From Macrostomum lignano (Eukaryota), in the NCBI GenBank assembly GCA_002269645.1, contig NIVC01000404.1, positions 62,001-126,000 of the forward strand: DNA of 64,000 nucleotides. Reading direction: 5' to 3'. The notes under the pieces were generated by a model. That model made no database searches, was not told where the DNA came from, and saw only the letters and a list, made by a program, of their open reading frames with translations. Positions within the stretch are counted from its first letter, which is position 1; each line of letters opens with the position of its first letter. Made by a program: the position numbers and the translations under genes. This document shows, piece after piece, positions 11,901 through 27,590 of the stretch.

Positions 11901-14900
11901 TCGGAGCCTTGTCTGCGTTATTCCATGGGGCAGAGTCTGCACAAAGTTGAGCGCTAAAAGCTCCGTCCCTCATGCATTTGGCTACGAGCTGGAGATACGC
12001 GGAACTAACCCTTGAGCTCTCCGCATAGCTGCTGGCTCATTACCTTAATGGCTTTAGCACGCAATGGGCGGAGACGGTTACATTTAGAGGATGGAATTGA
12101 GTGAGAGATAGAGTGGAGTCAAGAAAGGATCTAAGAGTTGAGAATCTAAAAGCCATATACACTGTACGAGCTGCAGTATTCGATGGCCAACTTGTTAGCT
12201 TAACAGGGACGGCTGCATATACCAGCATATCTGGACATTGCTTGCTTGCTTCTAAAAACTATCTCGAAGCTGAAGATGAAATTGTAAGGCATTTCTTGTC
12301 TTCTTTTGCTACTTATTTACGTATAGCAATGCCTCTACTTTATTTTTTGGCAATTGTGCGTGTCTCTTTGTGTCTTTGACTCTAGTACTGTCGATTAATC
12401 AGGTACCAGTACTTCCATCAATAATAGATTGAACCTGTAATTTCAAAAATATTTGTAGTCAGTTTTGTTTGAACTAAATATAATTAAAAGAACATTTACA
12501 GATTTTGTTATATAGACTAGCAGTCTCCCCTAACAACTTTAGTGCTGGCGCCCCTGGTGCTTGGCACCCCTGGTGCTTGGCGCCCCTGGTGCTTGGCGCC
12601 CCTGGTGCTTGGCGCCCCTGGTGCTTGGCGCCCCTGGTGCTTGGCGCCCCTGGTGCTTGGCGCCCCTGGTGCTTGGCGCCCCTGGTGCTTGGCGCCCCTG
12701 GTGCTTGGCGCTGCCCCTATTCATCTGCAATCCTGGCCAAGGTAGCTGGCCTTCAGTGCAATCAGCCTTCACTAATCTTCAATGCCATCCAAGAAAAAAA
12801 CTTTTAAAAAATGAAGAAAAAAGTCTACCAACGTCAAGGATCAATGTTATCCGGAAGTGTTTTCCTGATTGAATCGCTTATTAAAAGCATCTACAGTGCT
12901 TTCTATTGCTGCAAAGAAAGGAATGGATGATGAGTATATAAGCGACTGACAGAAGATTTTCTAGTTTGGATGGCCATGCAGTTCCGCGATCGGTTATTAT
13001 ACTCAAGTATGAACTCATTGAGGCAAATCTACAGCCGCATATGAAGTGTACAGGCTGCATGGCATCCTCATAGATGGATTAAATGATTAGGCCATCTTGC
13101 GATGCGCTCCCGAGATCTCAATATAGCTTAGCTATGGGCAATAGATGATGTCTCTCTCACTGGGATTAAGTATTTGCGATTGAGACACAGATTAATTTAG
13201 AATAGTTGGCTATATGTATATATGAGCATGAGTTAATGAAAGACTTACTGAATCGAATATGGATTCTTAGATCAGCAATCGGATCTGATCTTTTCTTTGT
13301 TAATCCGAATTGAATAATTGATTTTTTATAGACGATGCTCACCCATTTCCCGCCAACTTTTTGTTTCTCATTCTTTGCAGCTTTCCGAGCGTCGGAATCA
13401 GCAGCGTAGGTTACAAAGATGAATGCTTTGCGACGATTGTGGCTGAAGTCGAATGGCAGATCGATGGCCAGAATCTGCGGGTTGCGCGATGGGAGTTAAT
13501 TTTGGGAGCATTTGATGTTGTATCATCAATTAGGCTTAGAAAGAACGGTCGAAGCCTAATTGTTGGCAGTCTCTGGTGTCTATGGCCACTAAGCGTATGT
13601 AGAGAAGAGCCAAGAAGGTCGCTCACCATCCGTACAACATTCCGACATCCGCTGACGTACCCGACGTACAAAGCTTATTGGCCGCACAAAGCATTGTGCT
13701 CGTTTAAAAACGTTTACATTTAAAATGGAACTAGGAGCTCAATTTATTTTTTCATCTCTTAGACGTGGCATTTACATGTGCAACCCAACAAATGGGAAAG
13801 GTTAAAGGGGCACCAACGTATCAAAGGGACAGGGGTGCCAACCAAGAGACCGGGGCGCCCACCAAGAGACAGGGGCGTCCACCAAGAGACCGGGGCGTCC
13901 ACCAAGAGACCGGGGCGCCCACCAAGAGACAGGGGCATCCACCAAGAGACCGGGGCGCCCACCAAGAGACTGGGGTGCCCACCAAAAGACAGGGGCGCCA
14001 ACCCAAGTGGAGTTCACCAGGTGGCAAAAATTAAAACTCCAAAAAAATGTGCCTTTCTTGTACTTCCTGTATACATTTAAAACTTTTACAAATCACAATT
14101 TGACCAATTGTGCATTAATTATGGTTACTAAAGAAAATTTTCTGCAAATTAAGTGAAAAATTCTAGGCAACCATGCAAGCATACAATCAGCCAAAATTGC
14201 TTCAAAATTTCTCTTTCATTTTGTGCCTCTGGTTTAATTAAACTAGCCAAATTTTATATGACCTCACAGCCGCATGTACTACCTTTCCAAACTGACGAAA
14301 ATAACTTTTTATATCTGATTCAGGAAATTCCGGATCAAGTCCCCCGACGAATACTTTTCTAGCCGGCTCTTGGCTCGGCTTAGCTCGTTTAGGATCGATT
14401 CGTTTGTTGCAGAGCCGGTGCTCCGGGTGCGCCAAGACAACGTCGAGGTCGGACTCCCGATCGAATATGACGAAACCGAAGCCGCGCGAATGGCCAGTGG
14501 CTTTGTCAATTTTAATTGTACATGTTCGGACAGTACCAAACTGGGAGAAGTAGTCCTTCATCAAATCTAAATAAATCAAGTAAGGTAATGTGTTGCAGCG
14601 CTTTCTAACAAATGGAACTAGTCAATATTACAAAATGTTTCTTACTTTCAGTAGTTTCCCAACTGAGGCCGCCAACAAATAGTTTTCTGAAAAGAGGGAA
14701 TTCCAGTAGACGGTAATTAAATGTGAGTACGACCCTAAATATTTAATTCTTAGAGATAGTGGAATAGATTAAAAACTCACTTGCTGTCCATGTTCATACC
14801 TAGATCAATCTTCTTTTCTTGTGCTTCGTCGGTAGCCAGCCGATCATGTTCTTGCTTAGTTATCCTTTCATCTAGATCACACTTAGTGGAAATAAAATCA

Positions 14901-14947
14901 ATGGGACTAGACGCATCAACATTTGCTAGTGTTTTATTCGTGCTCAT
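8962..14947 (-). CDS. hnRNP A/B/D (squid/hrp40-like) two-RRM RNA-binding protein, ~412 aa, 6 exons
   Basis: complement(join(8962-9224,11009-11360,13343-13474,14283-14566,14646-14686,14781-14947)); all GT-AG and phase-consistent (1239 nt). RRM1 LFVGGLSWETTE...RGFGFVIF; RRM2 VFVGGL...IDLPFD...RKAFIFVTY...GGKW|CDVRIVQPK; then Y/Q-rich and poly-Pro low-complexity tail. The last exon assignment is less certain. Confidence 0.85.
9415..9855. repeat. 11/22-bp minisatellite (GAAAAGACACAGTGAAGACACA), hnRNP intron 5
   Basis: Tandem copies directly visible. Confidence 0.9.
10425..11005. repeat. CCGCTTCCCCT-type pyrimidine minisatellite, hnRNP intron 5
   Basis: Tandem 11-bp-based units running up to the donor at 11008. 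Confidence 0.9.
11430..11700 (+). repeat. 28-bp minisatellite family A (CAGTTGCTGGGCCAGCCTCCCAGATCCT), copy 1
   Basis: About 9 units in hnRNP intron 4; the same unit occurs at 50378-50645 and, inverted, at 56862-57385. Confidence 0.93.
12547..12712. repeat. 16-bp minisatellite (CCCCTGGTGCTTGGCG) x~10
   Basis: Near-perfect tandem copies in hnRNP intron 4. Confidence 0.93.
13825..14005. repeat. 20-bp minisatellite (GGGGCGCCCACCAAGAGACC) x~9
   Basis: Tandem copies in hnRNP intron 3. Confidence 0.9.
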
Positions 14948-15749
14948 ATTTTTATAGGCCTTGGAGTGTCTTTATATTAAGTATGCTTAATGCTTCTTTT
15001 TGCTCGCCTTGCTTTATTGAATTTCAATTTCCACAACCCTATTTGAAAATCAATGTCACGATAACTTTTTCTCATTAAAACAAATCAACACAAACAAATG
15101 CAAAATTTGCTCTAGTATATATTTTTATGCAGGATATCGTTATTATTTTTTACAAACTTATTCCTATTTCTGCAAAATAAGGCACTTGGTAGCTTCAGTT
15201 TTGCCTCAAAAATGTTTATTCGATCGTTTTCAAAAAGTCAAAAGTTTTTCACGCGGATCCTGTCACGTTTAACCATCAAAACATAGTCTTGATTCACATG
15301 TTCCAATTTGCTTGTTTCACTTCTGTTTTTTTCTGTATTTCCAATGTTTGTGGAAGCTAGTTTTATTTTGGTTATCAATTTATACCACTCAGCTGCTCAG
15401 TATCAGGAGTCAGCTTGGCTTGTTTCTACCTACCACTCTACCAGTCTACCACGGCTACCAGTACCAGGTTCAGAGTTTGCCCACATTCAAGCTTATTTAT
15501 AGCATTATATCAAATATAAGCTAAGCGGAAAAAAAATACCTTTTTTTAGCTTGTAGCTGTTTGGATTTAATAAATTTAATGTCTTTAACTATTAGCTAAT
15601 ATAGTTCGTTGTCTTGTCTTTAGTTTAGCATAATTATATAATAGGAATAGGGCCTAGCACTATAACAGTATATCTAAGCTAGTGATGAATATATTAATTT
15701 TTAAGTTTTAATTTTTTGCATATGAGCCCATGAAAACCATGTATTTGAT

Positions 15750-16277
15750 GTGTGTGCCCAGGTACTCATTGACCACCCAGTGCAGCTTGGTGGCCCGAAC
15801 ATTGAAGTGGAGGTGGACGAGAGCAAATTCTTCCACCGCAAGTACCATGTCGGCAACTATCGTGAGGGCCACTGGGTGCTTGGAATGGTAGAGCGTGGCA
15901 GTAACAAATGCATGATGGTGGTGGTTGAGAATCGACGTGCCGAAACACTGCTGCCTATTCTACAGCAGTATATCCTGCCCGGTTCCCAAGTCATCACTGA
16001 TGGATGGCAGTCGTACAACGGCCTTGCTGCCATGGGCTTCAACCATGCGAGTGTCAACCATCGACTCAATTTTGTGGACCCACAGGACCCGACAGTGTAT
16101 ACCAACAGAATCGAGGGCAGCTGGGCGCACTGCAAGGCCAAGCTGCGTCAGGGGCACGGTACCAGCGATGGGCTCTTCGAGTCGCAGCTGCAGGAGTTCC
16201 TGTGGCGCCGGCTCTACCCAAATGAGCATTATTTTGGCAACTTTCTGTACTGGGTGACCCATTACTACCCACTGTAA
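15750..16277 (+). mobile_element. Merlin / IS1595-family (ISXO2-like) DDE transposase catalytic domain
   Basis: Motifs QLGGPNIEVEVDESKF, RKYHVG, WVLGMVER, LLPILQQYILPGSQVITDGWQSY, HASVNH..NFVDP, TNRIEGSW and LQEFLWRR are diagnostic of DDE_Tnp_IS1595. The D-D-E triad is intact; the N-terminal half and TIRs were not found. Confidence 0.9.
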
Positions 16278-16539
16278 TCCGGAGACTAACGTTTAAACTG
16301 ACTTGACTATAACAAACTTTCTTTAACTTTTCGGGTGTTCTGTATGCCCCATAATATTTTTTATTGCCTGTGCTGAACTCGTGAGATCATGTAAAATTAA
16401 TTCCACGTGAAAAAATAATTTAACGAATGAAAATGCAGGATAGCCGATTTGATATTAGGCCTTTTAAATCTACAATCTAAATCTAAATCTACAATGATAT
16501 TGATAGGCCTAGCAATGAATGATGACATAAAAATTATGG

Positions 16540-17236
16540 AAGTGGTTATCCCCATGGTCCCGTGCCAATAATTCCAATTTTATCCACACAGGTCTGTGTC
16601 AATAATTTCCAGCTTATCCCCATGGCAGCTTATTGAAATAGCTATCACCATTCAAGTCTATAGGCCATGTCAATAATTCCAATTTTATTCTAGCTTATCC
16701 TCATGGCAGCTTATTGGAATAAAGAACATTAAAATGAATCTGTTTAAAAACCTTCTTGTTTTTATTGTTTTACAAATCTTCCAAATAAAATACATCTACT
16801 AAATACTGAATAATATCAAGTACTTTGTTAAATTATTTTGTCATTAAAAGGGTTAATTTTAAATATTTGCTTAGCTGCCGGCTTTGCTTAGAACAACCAA
16901 ATGACCTAAAGTTTAAGGCAAATTATGAGACTTGCAAAATTCAAAATTCAAAATATAATTATAATGATAATATTACTAATAATAATGACAATATTGATTT
17001 AATGCCAGTACACAAAACTAAACACAAGCAACTGCACAATCTTAGTTGTGGGGATAAGCTGAAAATTATTGACACAAATCTGTGTGGATAAAATTGGAAT
17101 TATTGACACAGCATATAGACTTGAATGGTGGCACCTATTTCAATAAGCTGCTGTGGGGATAAGCTGGAAATTATTGACATGGATCCATGTGGATAAAATT
17201 GGAGTTATCGGCATAGGACCATGGGGATAAGCACTT
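16540..17236. mobile_element. Foldback/MITE-like element with ~150-bp imperfect inverted arms
   Basis: 16540-16688 (AAGTGGTTATCCCCATGGTCC...CAATAATTCCAATTTTAT) aligns to the reverse complement of 17088-17236 with scattered mismatches; internal subrepeats; no clear TSD. Confidence 0.7.
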
Positions 17237-17684
17237 ACAAAAGTTATTGGAAATTTTTTTGTTTAAATTTGTCAAGTAATCAAGTTTAAGTTGGTAAATT
17301 AGTTGCAGTTATTATAAGACAAGCTATTTAAACCCATGGATCTTGAACAAACTAAATTCCAATCTTCAGAACTATTTTTGTATAATATTCATAAGTCTTA
17401 AGTTATACATGTACCCAAATAAAAACTAAAACTAAATAAGAGTAAATTCATATATAAATTTAGATTTAAAGGATTTAAAATAGTTGATGATGATTATGTC
17501 TGCTATATTTTGTTTGCCATCTTTTTGTCTAATAATATTTATCAAAAGTCATTTATCTACCAGTTTGGTCATTTTGTCTATTGCAATACAATGAAAATGA
17601 AAATTTTCAAGCCTATAATTTAATTTAGGTTAATAAGTTGTAGCACTCAGAAATTAACTCTAAATACAAATTTAATCTCTCCCA

Positions 17685-18060
17685 ATGATTATCATCTCAT
17701 ATACTCTTTTTTTCTCTTCTTTTTTCTTCCCTTTTATCTCCTATCTTTCCTATCTTTTTGTTCTTCTTCTTTTCTCTTTTCTCTCTCCTTTCTTTTCTTA
17801 TCTTATCTATTATATCATTTCTCTCTTTTTCTTTTTCTTGCATTTATCATCTTATCTTCTCTCTTTTTGTCCTCTTTCCTCTTTCCTAGCTTTTCTCTTT
17901 TATCATATTTCTCTTTTTCCTTTTCTATTTCTTTTCTTCTATTTTCTCAGCTCATCTACCATCCTATCTTTTCTATTTTCTTTCTATTCTTCTTTTTCTT
18001 CTCTTTTCTTTCTAATATTCTCTCTCTCTCTTTTTATTATTGTTCTTTGCTCTCTCTAAA
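17685..18060. repeat. T/C-rich low-complexity tract
   Basis: Gives F/S/L artefact ORFs. Confidence 0.85.
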
Positions 18061-18409
18061 AAGAATTTTATTTTTTTTATAAAAATACAAAATGATCAAT
18101 AAGTACAGATTATAATTTTGTCTCTAATAGATGTTTTTTTGTATATTTTTAATATTAGATTTAAATATATTGCTTAAAAGTATTTACATAATATAGTTGA
18201 ATTACAAATCTTATATAAAAAGCTTTAATAATTCTTTTATTTAAAAAGCCTTAAACTTAAAGTAAGAAACAAACAGAATTAACTTTTATCATATGTTGAT
18301 ATTGAAATTTAGAGACTTATAGAAATTTGCTAGTATTTCTCCTGATTATATATTTAAAAATGAAATAAATATTATCATTTTAAGGTCAAAAAATTTATCT
18401 TCTTTCCAG

Positions 18410-18810
18410 GAATCACACAATCAGCCAGTTTTTGTCCTTGCTAACCCAGTGTTATATTTGGACACTCATTACCAGCCAGCACTGAATGTTAATGGCAGAT
18501 TAACTGTTGGATTGGCCAATAATGTACAGACTTTAAAATCAAGTCATGGCTCTAACATTGAAGCAAAATTGGCTATCCAGTTTACTCCAGAGATGTGCTC
18601 TTATGAAGCAGCAAATTTGGATCAATATGCATTTTGTCTGCTACTCAAATCATTGAAGGGTGTCACTCTGGTTAAAAGGCCAAGATTTGGTAAACCATTT
18701 GTTACATTTCACTCAGAGGCAGATGCTAAGAAGAAGACCTTACACTTCTCTGATGCTTTGGACATCAAAAGTCTATATGATGAATTGACTGTGCACTTGG
18801 TTATAACACC
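18410..18810 (+). other. Orphan exon-like ORF segment (133 codons)
   Basis: Open frame bounded by TCTTTCCAG| and |GTAAGT; no recognisable homology and no partner exons found. Confidence 0.4.
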
Positions 18811-18867
18811 GTAAGTGTCTACCTATTTTAAATAGTTATTATTTGCGATTTCCAGCTCTTTCTGGTA

Positions 18868-19255
18868 ACTCTGTGATGTCGTTTGGGAGCGATTCTTTGC
18901 TGTATTTTGTGGTGATTCTTTGATGTAGTTTGGGGGCGATTCTGTGATGTAGTTTGGGAGTGATTCTTTGATGTAGTTTGGGGGCGATTCTTTGCTGTAG
19001 TTTGGGAGCGATTCTTTGATGTCGTTAGGGGGCGATTCTGTGATGTAGTTTGGGGTGATTCTTTGATGTAGTTTGGGGGCGATTCTGTGATGTAGTTTGG
19101 GAGCGATTCTTTGATGTCGTTAGGGGGCGATTCTGTGATGTAGTTTGGGGTGATTCTTTGATGTAGTTTGGGGGCGATTCTGTGATGTAGTTTGGTGGGC
19201 GATTCTTTTCACGACGTAGTTTGGGGGGGGGCGATTCTGTGATGTCATGTAGTTT
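18868..19255. repeat. 24-bp minisatellite (GATTCTGTGATGTAGTTTGGGGGC)
   Basis: About 15 units upstream of the TBC gene. Confidence 0.9.
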
Positions 19256-19852
19256 GGTCAGAAGCACAAGCAGACACAGGCAGACACCAACGTGAGCCAG
19301 GCTCTAAATGACCAACTCCCAAATGCCAATGCCAAAAGCACTGAGTTAAAAATCGCGATGCATTTACAACAAAACCTATTGAATCTCTTTTTCGCCCAGC
19401 TCAAGCCATCAATCGACATTTTTTCTCACTCGGCCGCACGATCCCGACGCAATGTACCAGTCTCTGGCGGAGCTGGATTTTGCTCAGCAACCTCTGACAA
19501 TCGATCAGCATCATCAGCAGCATCAGCATAATCCTCAGCTGCAGCAGCATCGTTATCAGCCTCATCAGCAGAAGCAGAAACATCTGCAGCAGCAGCAGCA
19601 ACCGAATTCGTCTCCAAAATTGCGCAAATCTCATCCGCTGATTGACAGCTTCGAGAGTATTTTCGCTTCGTTTGACAGTAGCAGCGGCGTTGCCGGTTTC
19701 CGGTTCGGAAGCGGAAATGGAAATAAAAACACTAATTATTATAATCGGCCAAAGTCTGGCGAATCCGCTGGTGCCTCCTCCGCCGGCGGTGGAGATCAGC
19801 AGCAGGTGGCGTCTTCGCCACCTCAGCATCGCCAGGTCTGAGACAACTGGCT

Positions 19853-23495
<3,643 letters not shown>

Positions 23496-23599
23496 CTTGG
23501 TGTTTTTAAGTCTTTGTTCTTACATTTGTCACAACATCTTCATCTGCTTGTGTAATTTTTAGTGATTTGTATATTTCTGTGTATCTTAAACTTGCTTTA

Positions 23600-23960
23600 A
23601 GTCTTTGTCCGTAGATTTTTCCAATGGGTCTTTGTCCCTAGATATTGACAATGAGTCTTTGTCCCTAGAATTTTCAATGAGTCTTTGTCCCTAGATATTT
23701 ACAATGAGTCTTTGTCCCTAGATTTTTTCAATGAGTCTTTGTCCCTAGATTTTTTCAATAAGTCTTTGTCCCTAGATATTTACAATGAGTCTTTGTCCCT
23801 AGTTTTTTCCAATGGGTCTTTGTTCTAAGATTTTTAGAATCAGTCTTTTTGTCATCCATTTTTCCAAGAGTCTTTGTCCGAAGAAGTTTACAAGCTCTTT
23901 GTTGCGAATTTTTCAGGGGTCTTTGTCCTTAGATTTTTCCATTGGGTCTTTGTTCTGAGA
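23600..23960. repeat. ~27-28 bp degenerate minisatellite (GAGTCTTTGTCCCTAGATTTTTCAAT) downstream of the TBC stop
   Basis: About 10 units, degenerating rightwards. Confidence 0.85.
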
Positions 23961-24664
23961 TTTTTTGAATGAGGTATTCGTCCCAGCAATACCACTAGGA
24001 TCTTCGCCCCAATCATTTCACAAGATTCTTTGTGCCCCATTACTCGCAAATAATTTGCATCAGATTAATAAAACATAATAGACATTTTCTTGCCTAATAA
24101 AAACCCTCATCCGTCTTTCGCTATCCAGGCTTTACTTAATGTACTTTTGCGTTATCTCTACGCGTTTATCTCTCTGTAAGGACCGACGGCATGAGTAATC
24201 TGTTCCTAATTAAGCAGTCAAATTCAATTTTCATTAAATTTATTTATTCTTGCTGCTACTGAAAAAAATTGGTAGACCACAAGTAGTATTATTTGTTTTT
24301 TACTACTTAAACAAATAATTGTAACATACGCGATTTGTTATAAATTAGTATATTTTTTTTCAAACTTTCGTTCCGTCTTCCAATGTGTTGTTTATAGTAG
24401 GAAATTAACCTAAATTGATTTTTTTTGTGCAACAATTCACAATGCTATGGATCTTATTATTAGTATTTCAGTGTTTAATTGATAAAAACTACAAGAACTT
24501 ATCTTGTAAGGGGAGCTCATTCGATTATTTCTTTTTTGACTATTCTTTATATTACGATTGTACTTTTATATATATAGCTTGCTATTTTAATAGTTTGGCT
24601 ATGCTGTTTTGTTAATTCGATAATATCCGCAATTAAAGTTCAACTTTTTTGTGATTGAACTTCC

Positions 24665-24980
24665 AAGTAGTGAGATTCCAGTGTCTAAGTCTACCTTGAG
24701 GGTGAGATTCCGGTGTCTACATCTACCAGGGGGTGAGATTCCGCGGTGTCTAAGTCTACCAGGGGGTGAGATTCCGGTGTCTACATCTACCAGGGGGGTG
24801 AGATTCCACGGTGTCTACATCTACCAGGGGGGTGAGATTCCACGGTGTCTACATCTACCAGGGGGGTGAGATTCCACGGTGTCTTAAGTCTACCAGGGGG
24901 TGAGATTCCGGTGTCTACATCTACCAGGGGGGTGAGATTCCACGGTGTTTAAGTCTACCAGGGGGTGAGATTCCGGTGTT
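24665..24980. repeat. 31-34 bp minisatellite (GGGGGTGAGATTCCACGGTGTCTACATCTACCA)
   Basis: About 9 units left of the tRNA pair. Confidence 0.9.
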
Positions 24981-25463
24981 AAATTCCTATTGGTTGTAAT
25001 TTCGATGCCAAGAAATATTAAAAAAATATAATTTGTCACCGTCTTATTCTGTCATAAATATATATTACATATATATGTTCCGAAAATATATAGTTTGGTT
25101 ATGGCGCTGACATTAAAATTGCTGAGACCTTTTAAACAATTATGTCTAACGAAAACATTTGTTTTAATGTGGCCTATCTATTGTTTGCAGTACATTCTGT
25201 ATTGGGATAAACTTCCTAGTGTCATTTTTTATTTGTGCACTTAGGTGTGGGTCGATTTACGTTCAGAATGATCTACCTCTCCTCTCTGACCCTTTGTTAG
25301 CCCCCATTTTTAAGGGATTTCGGTGGGGGAGGGGAGAATTCTCCCCTTTATTCCTGTAGGGTAATTCAACACCGACTTTTTTTCCGCGCCCATGGGATTA
25401 TAAACGTATTAAGTAGGCTGTCTTGTCTTATAAATTATGATTATTCTACTCGAACCATTAGGT

Positions 25464-25536
25464 GCCTCCATAGCTCAGTGGCTAGAGCACTGGTCTTGTA
25501 AACCAGGGGTCGGGAGTTCGATCCTCCCTGGGGGCA
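25464..25536 (+). tRNA. trnT-UGU: tRNA-Thr(UGU)
   Basis: Cloverleaf: acceptor GCCTCCA/TGGGGGC, D-stem GCTC/GAGC, anticodon arm CTGGT-CT-TGT-AA-ACCAG (anticodon 25497-25499), T-loop GTTCGAT; T-run terminator follows. Confidence 0.96.
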
Positions 25537-25793
25537 AATACGTTTTTTTCTGTGCAAAAGTAATAGTTTTGCCAAAAGGATTTCCTAGAATTTTATACTA
25601 CTCACATCAGTAAGTAGGTCGGTAGCATGTGGAAACTATTTCCGTTTTGTACTACTAAAATAGTACAATGGCTCCGTAATTAAAGTAATATTTAAACCTA
25701 TAATTATCTCAGACAGTTGCAATTAGATCCGTGAAATTTCTTTTAATCTAGCGTGTATTAAAAATAATTCTTCAATTAAAAAAACAAAAAATT

Positions 25794-25866
25794 AGCCTCT
25801 GGGGAGGATCGAACTCCCGACCCCTGGTTTACTAGACCAGTGCACTAGCCACTGAGCTACAGAGGC
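25794..25866 (-). tRNA. trnT-AGU: tRNA-Thr(AGU)
   Basis: Reverse complement gives acceptor GCCTCTG/CAGAGGC, anticodon arm CTGGT-CT-AGT-AA-ACCAG, intact T-arm and a downstream T-run; one T:T mismatch in the D-stem. Confidence 0.9.
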
Positions 25867-26014
25867 GGCTAATTAATGAGGGATTGATTGGCTTTGATTT
25901 ATATAATTAGAAATTAATTTATAATTGATTGCCGTCTGTAGAGATAAGACTTACAATTAAATAGATAAAAGTGATATACACTGTGTTCCTTTTATCTTTG
26001 ACTTTCGGTAATCT

Positions 26015-27590
26015 AAGTTATTGAGTGGTGAGATTTCGACAGTCTCAGTTATTGAGGGGTGAGATTTCTGCAATCTCAGAAATTGAGGGGTGGGATTTCT
26101 GCAATCTCAGTTATTGAGGGGTGGGATTTCGGCAAGCTCATTTATTGAGGGGTGAGATTTCTGCAATCTCAGTTATTGAGGGGTGGGATTTCGGCAAGCT
26201 CAGTTATTGAGGGGTGAGATTTCTGCAATCTCAGAAATTGAGGGGTGAGATTTCTGCAATCTCAGTTATTGAGGGGTGGGATTTCGGCAAGCTCAGTTAT
26301 TGAGGGCTGAGATCGGCAAGCTTAGATATTGAGGGGTGAGATTTTAGCCATCTCAGTTATTGAGGAGTGAGATTTTGTTAATCTCAGTTATTAAGTAGGG
26401 AGATTTCAGTAATCTCAGTTATTGAGGGGTGAGATTTCTGCAATCTCAGTTATTGAGGGGTGGGATTTCGGCAAGCTCAGTTATTGAGGGGTGGGATTTC
26501 GGCAAGCTCAGTTATTGAGGGGTGAGATTTCGGCAAGCTCAGTTATTGAGGGGTGAGATTTCTGCAATCTCAGTTATTGAGGGGTGGGATTTCGGCAAGC
26601 TCAGTTATTGAGGGGTGAGATTTCTGCAAGCTCAGTTATTGAGGGGTGGGATTTCGGCAAGCTCAGTTATTGAGGGGTGGGATTTCGGCAAGCTCAGTTA
26701 TTGAGGGGTGGGATTTCGGCAAGCTCAGTTATTGAGGGGTGGGATTTCGGCAAGCTCAGTTATTGAGGGGTGAGATTTCTGCAATCTCAGAAATTGAGGG
26801 GTGAGATTTCTTCAATCTCAGTTATTGAGGGGTGGGATTTCGGCAAGCTCAGTTATTGAGGGGTGAGATTTCTGCAATCTCAGAAATTGAGGGGTGAGAT
26901 TTCTGCAATCTCAGTTATTGAGGGGTGGGATTTCGGCAAGCTCAGTTATTGAGGGCTGAGATCGGCAAGCTTAGATATTGAAGGGTGAGATTTTAGCCAT
27001 CTCAGTTATTGAGGAGTGAGATTTTGTTAATCTCAGTTATTAAGTAGGGAGATTTCAGTAATCTCAGTTATTGAGGGGTGAGATTTCTGCAATCTCAGTT
27101 ATTGAGGGGTGGGATTTCGGCAAGCTCAGTTATTGAGGGGTGGGATTTCGGCAAGCTCAGTTATTGAGGGGTGAGATTTCTGCAATCTCAGAAATTGAGG
27201 GGTGAGATTTCTGCAATCTCAGTTATTGAGGGGTGGGATTTCGGCAAGCTCAGTTATTGAGGGGTGAGATTTCTGCAATCTCAGAAATTGAGGGGTGAGA
27301 TTTCTGCAATCTCAGTTATTGAGGGGTGGGATTTCGGCAAGCTCAGTTATTGAGGGGTGGGATTTCGGCAAGCTCAGTTATTGAGGGGTGAGATTTCTGC
27401 AATCTCAGAAATTGAGGGGTGAGATTTCTGCAATCTCAGTTATTGAGGGGTGGGATTTCGGCAAGCTCAGTTATTGAGGGGTGAGATTTCTGCAATCTCA
27501 GAAATTGAGGGGTGAGATTTCTGCAATCTCAGTTATTGAGAAATGAGATTTCGGCAAGCTCAGTTATTGAAGGGTGAGATTTTGGCAATC
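26015..27590. repeat. 31-bp minisatellite (TTATTGAGGGGTGAGATTTCTGCAATCTCAG) x~50
   Basis: Tandem copies with two alternating variants and a ~650-bp block duplication. Confidence 0.95.

Noticed and set aside
15308-15524. Upstream exon of the Merlin transposase
   Set aside because: Only vague resemblance to the Merlin HTH region and no convincing splice path to 15750.
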